Part shown: positions 1 to 12,210 of the stretch, piece by piece
Position numbering within the stretch: position 1 is the first letter of the stretch
Layout of the letters: each line of letters opens with the position of its first letter
From: Vicugna vicugna
Lineage: Eukaryota
Direction: 5' to 3'
Length of the DNA: 64,000 bases
Assembly (NCBI GenBank): GCA_013265495.1
Contig: MU061579.1
Span: forward strand, 3,407,319 to 3,471,318
Translations under genes and position numbers: made by a program
Notes under the pieces: model-generated
Told to the model about the DNA's origin: nothing
The model's input: the letters and a program-made list of their open reading frames with translations, nothing else
Database searches by the model: none

Positions 1-1157
1 TGATGAGAGCAACAGTACTTTCCATTGGCCTGATTATCCCTTCTATAGATATCTGCACACATATATATACTATACTTATACACCTATGTGTAATATAGAC
101 ATCCACATACATGTGTACACAAACATCTCTATATGTGTGTATATAAGTGCATGTGTATATGTGTATAAAATACAGGTGAAAAATCTTTATTCTTAGATTC
201 AGCAATAGAATTGGTCATACACACATGCATATGAAAATGATTTTCAGCTGAAAACGTATTTGTGACCCAGCAGTGAAGCTGATCACAGCCTAAATCTATA
301 GGTAAAGTGATCTCTATACTTAAAGAATTATTTTGCCTTTGCACCTCATTGTCTTCTATCACTTACTAAAAGAAGATAAATAATGCGACTGAATACATTT
401 TTAACAACTGGTAATATCGATCACAAATGCCCTCTCTCCTCCTTCTTATTGACCCCAATGATCTTTATCTTTTAGGACCAGCTGTTCGAGTCCAATCTTT
501 TCCACTTAGTCCTTCCTAGAAAGACAGCTTCAACAGATCCTCCTACCCTTTTGCACTTGCAAAGTATTTAATGTCAATTTAGTCCTTGATAAACTAACAT
601 TATGAAAAAGCAAAGTGGCTTAAAAGAAAAAAACTGCATTAAAAAAGTTGATTCTATTTAGTAAATGTGTTTTTAGTTTACTGCCCAATTGATTTATTTT
701 GTACAGGCAGAAGTTTATTTGATGCATACATCAAACCATACTTAATAGAATCCCAAACAACTATGTGTTATTACCCATTTACATAATCTATAATACACAT
801 ACTTCCAAATCTCTGGCTTTATTGAGCTATTACTACTTGAAGAATATTGAATTAAGCAGTGTAACTACCAAGTTTATAACAGCATGAGCTCAGTGCTGGC
901 AAGTTATGAGTTACACTTTTATGGGCTTTCTGTGGAATGACTAGATGCCAAGCCACCATATACATATTGTTGATCTCAAAAGAACCAGCTGAAAATAGAA
1001 AGGCTTCCTGCAAATCTACATTAGTATGTGCAAACTGTGATATGTGTGTGTATACACCACACATCGTGTTTTGCCAGGAACAGTACTGGTTTATGCCTAC
1101 TGCCTTGGTATGTTTACTAAAGTACCTCCTTCGACATACATATAGGTATATATACAT

Positions 1158-1220
<63 letters not shown>
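1158..1220. repeat. Compound microsatellite (CA)n(TA)n(CA)n
   Basis: Directly visible acacac...atatat...acacac run; explains the HTHT/YIYI/CVCV ORFs at 852-1357. Confidence 0.98.
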
Positions 1221-4200
1221 TATAAATAAATGAACAAATGAAATAGCTCATGTATTTTATCACTTCCTTCTCTGATGCTACTCCTTTTTGTGTGTGTTAT
1301 ATTTTTATATGAAGATGTGCACGTTTGCACATATGCATGCTCATAATGCACAGACATATATGTACATAAACTTATGCACTCATATATACTAATGGCCTTT
1401 TCTTTACCTCATAATAGTTCATGGGTGTAGTTTTTGGCACAGGAGTGGTACAGCTAGGAACTAGATTTTTTTTTTTCCTCTGATTGTATATGCAACATTA
1501 GCCACTATTGTCAAAAACATTTGTTTCTGTCTTCAGCTGAAAATTCTGTTTAAACAGGATAGTGACATGCACGAGATAGAGATGTCTGGAAGTGATAAAT
1601 CTATTCTTGCTTGGTGAAATCACACAGCTGATTAACAGTAACAGCTACAAGTTGGAACCCTGCCTTGAGAATGTTTCTGGGGCTGCTAGATGGGACTGGA
1701 AGTCTACCTCCCTAAGAGGAGTAGAGGATATTTGTAAATGTATTCTGTGTACCTCAAGTAAGATTTAGCTTAAGAGTCTTCAAGTGATGCATTAAAGCTA
1801 TGGTGTTGGAGAATCAACTACAACATTACTTTTAAGACAAAGTCACTTTTCCCAGACACTTAAATGTGTTAGGTGTCACTGGGTGCTACATCAGTAATCT
1901 GGGAGAGTAAAAGCAAGAATTATTTGTGAAACATGTTAAGGATCATTTCCTTCCCATTTGGAATCAAAGGGAGTAATGAGAAAAAATATAAAGTTCTAGG
2001 AAACAAGTTGCTGTGGCTAGAGCAGCAATAGTAAGTTTATTATAAGATTTTACTGATCGCCCAGTTATTCAACCTAGATGAGCATCTGACCTAATTAGTT
2101 TTTCTTTCTCTACAACTATTTAAACATCAGACATGCTTCCATTGCCCCACATGTATCAATTCAAGGCTCCTGTTCTCACCTGCTAACACCAGTCTCATCA
2201 ACTTTCCTCCAAATACTTTCATCTCCACCACTATTACTGATTCTGTCCCCAGAAGGAAGTCTAAAACACAGGAAATTGCTACTCTCATTGCTTGACAGGC
2301 AAAGTTGTGAGATAAAGAAGCCAACTGCCTGTTTCCTAACCCAAAAGGAGAAGTGGAGGAGTGGGAGAGGGTAGTGGTGATAAGGTGTGGGCATCATAAT
2401 TCAAACTATTTTAGAAAAGTTATTATTTATATTTATCACCATCAGTTTCAAGCTTCAAACTACATAATGCGTTTAAAATGCTTTTGCCAGAAGGAATGGG
2501 AATTCAAACTCCATGAAAAGTCAGATGACATGATTGTCAACGAAGAGAACTGTGAGGAGCACACAGACCCACAAAAGAAACAAAGAGTTGGTGATTAAGA
2601 CGGTCCTTAAGGAGACGTAAGGATTTTGTGGGTTTGTACATGTACATTATTTTTTCTGAATGGTATAATCAATTTGGAGATTATCCCTCCATCCTTCCAA
2701 CACAGCATGCTCTATGTCTGGAATATGATGTGGAAGGTACCTCAAGATGTGAGCAGTAAACATCCATACTTGAAGTTGAAGCCCTTGTCTCTTACTTCGT
2801 TCTGATCCTATGGCAAGATGTGTCTCTAACAATCAGTGGATATATTCCTAGATTGGCCTTTGCTTAAACTGCAAAACCTAGTAATATTTAATGCTTCAAT
2901 AATGTAGTTTCAGAGTAACAACTTATGAATGACAACATGATTGCTCATATACATAATTCTTTAACATGATTTAGTTGACATAAACACAGTGCACCACAGG
3001 AATGAAAATAATTGACAAGTCATTTTCAAAATGAGAACTATTATGTTGAGTTGGATGTCCATTAAAAGTTTATTCTAAATTCAAAAGCTTGGTAGTGAAA
3101 ATTGCTTCAAGAATTTAAGAAGTCATTTCATTTCTGCATGTATTTGCAAATGTAACTACTTTATGAAACTTTTTCTATGTTTGTTAATGGAAACTTTTGT
3201 ATTTCATATTTTCTAAATGCTCAAAAGATTTTAGTCTTTGTTTCTTTGAAAGATGAGCCAATTAAAATTAACAGTAAATTCATAATCTGTTTTAAAAAAA
3301 AAAGCAAGTACTTGGCAAATAGTAAGCTCCCAATAAATAGTAGGTTACTGAAAGAATTAATTTTACATTAAGCCTATTTTTGTTCAGTTTCTCAAACTAC
3401 TTAATCATGATATCAATTACATAATTACACCATCAATCAAAATTTTGGTGGTCTTAAACTTGTATGCATAACAATACAATGATTACCCCCAAATTTAAAC
3501 TCTGCTTCCTAAAGTTCCTAAAGTTCCACACAATCCCATCCCCATTAAGGAAAGTAGTGTGTTTATTATTTTATCAATTACAGGTCAGAATATATTTTGC
3601 TTGTTTGTTTCCTAAAACCACACGTATTCTCAAAGGAAGACCTGGATTATAACATGCTCAAGGTATTTGAAGAATAAGTTTTGAAAGCTTTGCCATCACT
3701 GCATATAATCAAGAGACTATACCAGAGTTCTGTGGACAATTCCCAATGAGAATTCCCAAATGTCCTGAACACCACTGCATCATCATAATTAGCATTTCAT
3801 CTCACAGTAAAGAGACCGTATCATGTATTCGGATGTGTGTGATTCACACCCTGAGAGTTGGAGGAAGGACTGACCGAAACAGAAGCTAGTTGAGTGAATC
3901 ATTCGGGAATAGGGTTCTGAAGAGTGGAAGTTTGGATAATCAAGACCCTGAGCAACCAAGATTCTAAGCCAAGATCCTGGTAACCAAGATCCCGAGCCAG
4001 GAAAACATCTGTATCAGAAAGCTGAATTCCAAAAAATTTTGAAAAGTACTAGTTGATTATTAATCGACCGTAGTGCACAAAGACTGAAAAACCCATAGAT
4101 ACGAACTTGAGAATATGTGGTTCAAAAATGCACACAGATTTAGGGGTTGGCTTCTGAAAAATTTAGGTAATGACTCTTTTCCCTTTAATGCTTTCAGTGA

Positions 4201-4849
4201 AATATCCAATATTTTAATACTAATCCTCCAAAAGTATGTTTTCTTTTAATTTATGTACATGGAATAGGTCTTTAATTCATAACTCGGCAACATATTGCTT
4301 TCTCTTCAAAATTCTGTAAAAGGGAAGAAAATATAAACTATTGTTAACAATATGATGCTTTTGAAACCTTTAAATTGGCTTTCCCAAATATAATCACCAG
4401 ATGTCTTTTCAAATGAAGTACTTCATATACTTATCTTATTAAATAAAAATTACTGAACTTAAACGTTGGTAACAACGACAGTTGAAAAATAAGTATAATT
4501 TGAAATGAGAGATTTTTGATGTTTATTTTTTTACTTTTCCTAACATATAGTCATGTAATTATCTATAAAGGAGTAAAATAACTAAAAAGTGACAATCTCA
4601 AAATATTTTGATTTTAATGTATGAAATATTTATTTAATAGACGAAAGTACAAAACTTTTAATATCACCTAGTTCAAAGATTAAACTACCACCTAATTTGA
4701 AAAACCTTTTACTGTGCTCTTTGCACATTTTTTGGAAAAAAAAAATTTGAGAATTCAATCCTTGCGTACTTGCTTCTCCTTTTTTGAAATCATCGTAGCT
4801 ATTTGGTTTTGTTTTGGCTGGTTTAGATTTTTATTTATTTATTTTGGTA

Positions 4850-5640
4850 TCACATTTCCAGCATTCTATTTTTAATTTTTTATTGCATATTTCTATTTTT
4901 TATTCCTTGTCTTCCTTGACTTTTATTAATCAATTATTTGTTACCCACTTTTTAAAAAAATGCATATTTCTACGGTATTTGTTTAACAACCTCTTTAACA
5001 TGTGCACTGATTTCACAAAGGCCTAATATAGATAATATTTCTTACTTCCCTTTGAAAAAATTCACAGAAATTTTAAAATGCTTCAAGACAACTTCCTTCC
5101 TTCCAGCTATGCTACCTAGAATTTGAAGTTCATTTTGTTTTCAACTTTAAATTGAAATTTTTATTTAACCAATGATTAATTATATTTACCAAAAATTTAC
5201 CACATTTATTTTTGCTAAACTTGCTACATGCATCTCAACCTTTCCTCCTAGATACTTTTTTAATTCATTTTGTGACAACTCATGGGTGCTACCCACTCTT
5301 TAAGATGTCTGTGTATTTCCTTCATTCATGTATGTTAACTGATCTGGGTATAGAATTCTAGTTCAACAAATATCTTCTTCAAATTTTTTTATGAGAATTC
5401 TGCTGACAATCTAATTAGCATGCTTTGTACATAATCCAATTATCATCTCCGGTTACTTTTATCTCTGTGTCCTTGATAGTATGTGATTATCTCTGTCTTT
5501 GATGACATGAATTTTGTTTTTTAAAAATATCTCGCTTTAGATTCAGCATGCATCCTCTGTATGAAGACTTATATCTTTCTTCAAATCTAGATAATTATAA
5601 ACCTTTATGACTTCTAATAATGCTTTTCTTTATTCCACCC
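4850..5640 (-). mobile_element. Very old L1/HAL1 ORF1-region fragment
   Basis: T-rich strand bias; ctgggtatagaattctagtt is the reverse complement of the L1/HAL1 ORF1 motif aacctagaattctatacccag. Boundaries approximate. Confidence 0.55.
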
Positions 5641-6899
5641 TTCTGGCATTCAGCAAATCAATTCCTTAGAGGCACTCAGTTTCATGGAAGGAATCCAACT
5701 GGGACTCTGCCTTGACTGTGCTTGAGATAATTTCTCCTGCCCTCACCATCATAAAATTTCAGCTTTCAATTCAGATATCACAGCTTTAATGTATAGTTAT
5801 CACCCAAGTTCCTTCTGATACTGTTTTATTTTTAGAATTAAAGTCATTTTGCCCCTATTGCATTTCTAATATTTTTGGTGAGAATAAGACCAAGTACAGT
5901 CAACTCCTTTTGCCATATACCATATTTATTCATGTGCTTTTCTAAAATATACATTTCTAAAAGATAGAAGATATTTAGATTCCTTTCAAATGAAAAAAGT
6001 AAGACCAAAAGTCAACACATATAGAACCTGGGAATTTATTACTTTTTTCCATACGGCTTATTTTCAGCTCAGGTAAGTTTAAAGATTTGTTGGCTTTTCT
6101 CTCTAGTATCCCCAGCAGGTTGACTGTGTCTTTTTTCTTTTTAAATACCCTTTAATCCAACTGTTTAGGAAGGACAAGGCAAGTCCTTAAAATTCTGCCT
6201 ATGTTCTCCGGAAATGTCATTCGTTTGGCAGGGCTCCCAACGTGCAGCACAGCTTGATCCCATGAACTGTCCCCTAAACAGCCAGGCTAGACACTGGGAA
6301 GCTCTTTCAATGACAGTCATTCATTTATCTGAACTTATTCTGAACTTAGAGAAGATGCTGTGTGGGTTTTTTTGTTTGTTTGTTTCATTTTGTTTTGCTT
6401 TGCTTTTTTTTTTTAATGTACTCTGAGAGGCACATTCTGGTATCTCTCTGACCCATCAGTATTTCTTCTCTAAAAGTTGTTTTGTAAAAGAGAATGATTT
6501 TAAGGGGATCTCTTTTCTTTATATCTCAGTGGGAGCTCTGAGATGTCTGAATGAAAAAGACTTTAAAACATTTTTGGCAGTACCTTTGTTTTAGAGTTGG
6601 CATTTGGCTTTGTTTAATCAGAAGATAGAACTTAAAGTTCACTCTTATTTAACTTTGATTTAGAAAAAAGGGACAAAAGCAGAAATGACATGGTGGAAAT
6701 TTTAATGTTACGATTTTACATAGAAAGATTCTGAGATCTTTTTAATTATTACATGAGAAGTTTTTCAAATCAAAAACCCCACAATTATGGATTATAAGAA
6801 GATGTGTTGCACCTATGTTAATCAATATGATATTATGAACTTAATTTGCTTATACATTTTCTTACTAAAAAATTATATAGAAAAAATATTACTTTATAA

Positions 6900-7098
6900 G
6901 CAGAGCTCTAGATTAAAATCTGGATCAATCATTTACCACTTGTGAAAATACAGGCAAATAACTTTTCTGTCTCTTTATCCTCAATTGTACAAAAAAGATA
7001 AAAATAGCATTTAACTCAGAGTAATTGTGAAGAATGAATTAATCCATGCACAGTTTTTGTATTGTGATTGGTGCTCGGTGAGCACACAATTGTTAGCT
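6900..7098 (+). mobile_element. MIR SINE
   Basis: Degenerate MIR core: tcctcaattgtacaaaaaagataaaaatagcatttaactcagagtaattgtgaagaatgaatt, and a MIR-like 3' end (tgttagct). Confidence 0.7.
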
Positions 7099-7738
7099 TT
7101 CAGTTGGTACTGGTGTTTGTAGGTTTCATTCATCTACAAAGTCCATCAGTTGCAAAGAACATTGTTTTTTCAATTAATCTCCTTTTGTAAAGTCAAATTT
7201 CAGTTTATGGAAAGGTTATTATGTATTTGGAGTTTCAAATTTCTTATTTAGAAAAACTGTGGAGTTGCATTTGATGGTTACGAAGAATCTTTTCTATTTT
7301 ACAATTCTATAGTTCTATGTAATCTAAATTATATCTTAGCTCAGTCTGGTTACTGGAAATGTTACCCCAATGAATAAGCTAGAAGCAATATATAAGCCTA
7401 ACATATGACTATGTATATCTTTAAAAATTAGAATTTTAAAATGTTAATTGTTCACCAATTCATTGGCAATAACTCTAGATAATTTTTCATTTATATTTAT
7501 TTTTTTGCCCATTAATGATATGAACAATTTTGCATGTTTTTAGTTTAGACATATTTCTTTTCTTGAGTTGCCTGGTTTTTTTATGTTATTTTTCCTATTT
7601 TATTTGTTTTGTCAAACTTTTACTGTAGGGAAATACTGTTTTCCTGCTACTTTATTAGTTTAAGAGATTTATATGATTTGAATGCTTTTCCAGATTACTT
7701 TTTATCTTTTTATTTCAATTAAGAGATTTTAATTTTTT

Positions 7739-7802
7739 TGATTTTTAAAAATTTTTGTTACTTTTTTGTTGTCGTTTTTGTTGGGGAGGTAATTAGGTTT
7801 GT

Positions 7803-7833
<31 letters not shown>

Positions 7834-7920
7834 TTAAATGGAGGTACTGAGGATTGAACCCAGGACTCTGTACATGTTAAGCATGCGCTCTACCACTAAG
7901 CTATATCCTCACTATCCCCA
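7739..7920 (-). mobile_element. Full-length tRNA-derived SINE, camelid vic-1-like
   Basis: Minus strand reads ...gatatagcttagtggtagagcgcatgcttaacatgtacagagtcctgggttcaatcctcagtacctcc (Pol III A box tagcttagtgg, B box ggttcaatcc), then (aaat)n, cctaattacctcccc and an A-rich tail. 15-bp TSD agattttaatttttt at 7724-7738 and 7921-7935, at a TTTT/AA L1-endonuclease site. Confidence 0.9.
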
Positions 7921-8005
7921 AGATTTTAATTTTTTAATATAAGAAAAAATTTTAATTTTATGTAGTAAAATTATTCATACCTTGTAAAATTTAATTTTAC
8001 ATATA

Positions 8006-8222
8006 TAGTTGATTCTTGAACAACAGGGGTTTAAACTGTACAGTTCTACTTATATGCTAATTTTTTTCCACTAAATACATACTACAGTATTACATGATCC
8101 GCAGTTGGTTGAATCCAGGGATGTGGAACTGCAGTCATGGAGGGATGAGTATAGAGGTACATGTGGATTTTCCATTGTGTGGAGGTGGGCACCCTAATCT
8201 GCATGTTGCTCAAGGTTAACTA
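8006..8222 (+). mobile_element. Tigger2-family MITE (Tigger2a-like)
   Basis: Termini tagttgattcttgaacaaca...tgttgctcaaggttaacta match the Tigger2 TIR (CAGTTGACCCTTGAACAAC); TA on both sides; aligns to a second copy at 53667-53894. Confidence 0.88.
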
Positions 8223-9109
8223 TATCTTTTTATAGTGATACTTTACAATATCTGATATCTTATGGGATGTAGATGTCAGATATTCATATGTGTAAAAAGT
8301 TTTTTAATTTTAATATTATTTATCTTTGAATTTATTTGTGTTTGATTGAAATATAGCTTTATTTTTCCAAGATAAAATAAGCCATTTATGTATATTTTAG
8401 GGAACCTAAGGGGAAAAAAAGAGGATTTTGAGTGGAATTGTATTAAACACACATAAATTTAAGGGTAATTGACATATTACAATATTAACACGAATACTTC
8501 GAGATATACTTTAAATCTTTTTGTTTCTTTACATTATCTTTTTTGATCTTAATAAATTTATGGTAAATAAGCATTTAATACATGTAATTTTAAAATGATT
8601 GTTTCACGTATTTTATCTATTCTTTTATAATGAAATAACAAATACTCCAAAGTAGCAGTACTGAGGATGAAGCCAGCCTTTTCAACTCCAAAAGTCGTTC
8701 ATTTAATAACCAGCATACTAAATAACTGGTGCATAAAAGAGCTTTGTTTTCTGTGTGTTTTGCGTGGGTGTTCTTTGTGCTCATGTGTATTTTTTACCAT
8801 TCCTAATTAGAGTTCTGTCATCAGAACTATAGTTTTTTCATTGATTCACTTTCATTTTATAGATAATGCATCATTTGCAAATATTATCAACAATTGCACT
8901 TTGTTTACTTTTCTATCATTTCTTCTTTATTTGTATTTCTTTTGCTGTTCTTTTACAAATTTCTAAAGTAGAATGCTGGACTTCCCATATGTATTTATTT
9001 CCTGCTTAAGTAATTATTTCAACAATGAATTTGATTCTAACTACTGACTAATCTTTACCCCACAGGAATCTGTACATTATTTTCATTGAGGGTAAATTTT
9101 CTTAGTATG

Positions 9110-10525
9110 CAGAGAGCCTCGTGTTATATATGGATGTCTACTTTGTGTGAAAAAGAGAACTGAGGACTGAGGTTGAAATCTACAGATTCATATGCCACGG
9201 ATAACTGGTTGACTTGCTGAGCAGGAACTCAATAAGGGCAAGAATGGAATATTAGTGACACAGGGAATACACATGGATGGATCTCTCAGAATGGGTCAGA
9301 GTGTAAAAATATTTGTATCTCTCATACATGCCCAGTAGAAGGTATCACTCTAATGGGGGACATAATAAACTACTGGAGATAGTTCTTCAGATGTTAGTTT
9401 TTTTCAGCTATGTCTGTGTCTGCTTAACAGATTCATGTACAGTGTGTTCATGGTGGCAGAGAATGAGGCTAAGCACATATTCAAGAATATGAAATTTCTC
9501 TCACCAAGGTTAGTCCGGCTACTGTCACTACTGAGAAGAATGCATGCTGATACCAAAGGCTAGTCTTGAGCCCTAAAATGGTGTAATTCCCTGGAAGACC
9601 TGCTAGCAGGTAACAGGTTTACTAAGGTGTATACTCTTTATTGGAGCGGTGGACGGGGCACAATTTTTCCCTACAAGGATAGATACGTATTCCAGTTATA
9701 AACTTGCTCTCTCTGCTCAGCACCATTATTTAAGAATCTGAAGATTATCCACTGCCTGGCATCCTACACAGTATCACTTCTGTACACTGGAATGACTCAC
9801 ACGTCCTACACTATAAAATAAATCCCATGAAATCGCTGGTAATACTATTTGTTCTATCACCTAGAAACATTTGGCTACATAGAATGGTTGAATGAGTTAC
9901 CAAAGAATAAATCATGGGAAATATCATTTTTGAGGTAGGGGAGCATTTCTCCAGCAGGTGACATGTCCCTTAAAATAGCAGCCAACATTTGAGGCTTTGT
10001 CCCCATAACCAGCTATACAGGGTTTTTTCAGGATCTAGGTCAAGCGATACCTCTCATAATTGCATGTATAAGCAGGGAAGAAATTTTCACTTCCTTCCTC
10101 ATGACTCTGGCCTCACGCGTATGGAGATAACAGAGCCCAAGAGAGGAATGCTTCCACCAGGAGACACAGCTATGATTTCATACATATGAAAGCTGAAACT
10201 GCTCCTGGTCAGCTTGGTCTCTTAATGCTAATAAACCAATAGACAACAGAGAGGAACACTACAATGTCTAATGTGGTATATTCTGCTTGTCAAGGGGAAA
10301 TTTGTTTATTGCTACTCAGTGGGATCAAAAAGGACTTTGTGTAGACCCTAGGGAATTCACTGGGGCATTCCTTAGTACCTCCGCTTAAAAATCTTCAATA
10401 GTGGAAAACAGCTTTAAGCTAACAGAGACAGTACCACCAAGGAGTCAGATCCTGAAGGAAGAAGGCATTTATGCACCATATCAGAAGAACTCTAGTCGAG
10501 CTAAGGGGAACATGAGATGAGTGGC
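9110..10525 (+). mobile_element. ERVL-class internal remnant (RNase H, integrase, dUTPase-like region), degenerate, no flanking LTRs seen
   Basis: gtaaaaatatttgtatctctcatacatgccc (cf. ERVL RNase H VKIFVSHVNAH); catggtggcagaga...ctctcaccaagg (cf. integrase N-terminal HGGRD...LPLTK); ORF 9989-10189 contains GMLPPGDTAMI (cf. ERVL dUTPase-like GMLPPGDTTMIP). Many stops and frameshifts. Confidence 0.8.
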
Positions 10526-10529
10526 ATAT

Positions 10530-11232
10530 GACCCATAAATAAACCTCTGCATATATAGACAACTAATCTATGACACAGAAGCCAAGAATGTACGAAGGGG
10601 AAGGGACAGTCTCTTCAATAACGGTGCTGGGAAAAGTGGACAGCCACATGCAAAAGAATGAGACTGGATCACTACCTTAGACCACACACAAAAATCAACT
10701 CAAAATGGGTTAAAGTCGTGAATGTAAGACCTGATATCACAAATCTCCTATAAGAAAACATAGAGGGAAGACCTTTGAAATCAGTCTTGCTGATGACTTT
10801 TTGGATTTGACACCAAAACAAAAGCAAAAAAAGCAAAAAAATAAAAAATTAATAATTGGGACTACAGGAAACTATAGAACTTCTACACAGCATAGGAAAT
10901 CATAAATGAAAAGGCAGCCTATGGAATGGGAGAAAATATTTGCAAGTCATCTGATTCAGGGTTAATATTCGAAATATATAATGAACTCACAGTCCTCAAT
11001 AACAAAAAACACCAAACAATCTGATGAAAATAAATGGGCAAAAGAACTGAATAGATATTTTCTAAAGACAACATACAAAAGGTCAACAGGTACATAAAAA
11101 GGTGCTTAAGGGAAATGCAGGTCAAAATCACAATGAATGTCATCTCAAACCCCTTGGAGTGGCTACTGTAAAAAAAACAAGAGCTAACAAGTGTTGGTAA
11201 AGATGTGAAGGAAAGAGAACACTTTGTGTGTG
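10530..11232 (+). mobile_element. L1 ORF2 C-terminal fragment
   Basis: Typical ORF2 text: gacagtctcttcaataacggtgctgggaaaagtggacagccacatgcaaaagaatga, aaaatcaactcaaaatgg, gaatgggagaaaatatttgcaa. Confidence 0.93.
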
Positions 11233-12069
11233 TCATCTGTCATCTGCTGGAACCTTGACATATAAAAATTAAGCTCTTAAGATAACCAACACAAACTACT
11301 ACAACAGACAATGTCTAACAAGTCAATGGATTGACAGAATAAAGATGAAAATTTACATATAGGAAATATTTGTAATATATTTAGTATGTTAATATTAGGC
11401 AAGTACTAAACTGTTTATGAGATTTTGTTATTCTTTATTTTCGTGAACATTACCTAATACTAGGTCTCCCTACTTTTGCACGACATTAAGATTGACAAGT
11501 TCTTGTGAATATTGAAATAGTTTCCGGAGCATTCCAATACACCAATTTATCTTATAACTTGGCATTCACAGGGAAGAGAGAATAAGAGACTAACAACTAT
11601 TACCTACAGAACTGAAAAAAATAAAATAAAAGTGCAATTTTAGTAAACTATCAATAGTATTTAAGTAAACTAAACCACGAAGGAGAACAACAGCATTCTC
11701 TGGTGACAAAATAAAACTGAATTCCTCATTTCTACTCTTGTGGTACATTTTGCCAGAACCACACTGCCGGGTTAATGTTCTTTAAGCTGCCATGAAGAAA
11801 AATTAAAGATTTGATTAAAATTTTTAAAAATACTAATTTTGTCAGGAAATAGTCACTTTATAACTGTTACGCACCAGGAGATGTGCTAGATTGTATTTAG
11901 GATTATTCACATCTTCTCGGAATGAATTTGTAGGCCAGTGTTCTTGAGGAATTCAGCCCATGGTTAAAAATCTAAGTCTTTATTTTTCAGGCTGGACGGC
12001 AGGCCTAACAAAGGCATTCTCTAGCAGGACCAATGGGGAAAGCCACCCTCCCCACACCAGACTTCGTGC

Positions 12070-12210
12070 CCAGCCAGTTTCTTCCTCTGTAAAACGTGGG
12101 TTATAGAAACAAACTACTTTATAGATTGCAGAGAACATTAGATGAGTTAACACATGCATGGCACTTGCAATACTGGGCACCCTACAAACATAAATAAATA
12201 TTAGCTGCTC
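12070..12210 (+). mobile_element. MIR SINE (3' half)
   Basis: cagtttcttcctctgtaaaacgtggg core; gaacattagatgagttaacacatgc; aataaatattagctg end. Confidence 0.8.

Larger units (their letters stand above)
7380..9100 (-). mobile_element. Fragmented ancient L1 (L1ME-like) ORF2/3' remnants, interrupted by a SINE and a MITE
   Basis: Antisense L1 ORF2-like text, e.g. ggattttgagtggaattgtattaaac...ggtaattgacatattacaatatt (8422-8490). Heavily diverged. Confidence 0.5.

Noticed and set aside
852..1357. Overlapping ORFs of 86-121 aa
   Set aside because: Open only because of the (CA)n(TA)n microsatellite; low-complexity translations. The same applies to the ORFs at 37012-37278 and 51717-52011.
2470..2598. 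Possible coding exon after ttttgccag (KEWEFKLHEKSDDMIVNEENCEEH...)
   Set aside because: No recognisable homology, no partner exons and a weak pyrimidine tract; cannot be supported.
3506..3527. Small tandem duplications (ttcctaaag twice; similar at ~5459-5500, ~11237, ~28957) and the 14-bp palindrome tgtttcatgaaaca near 43637
   Set aside because: Ordinary slippage-scale events expected in 64 kb of neutral DNA.
7845..7915. tRNA gene
   Set aside because: A/B boxes are present, but it has a SINE tail and TSD and I see no intact cloverleaf.
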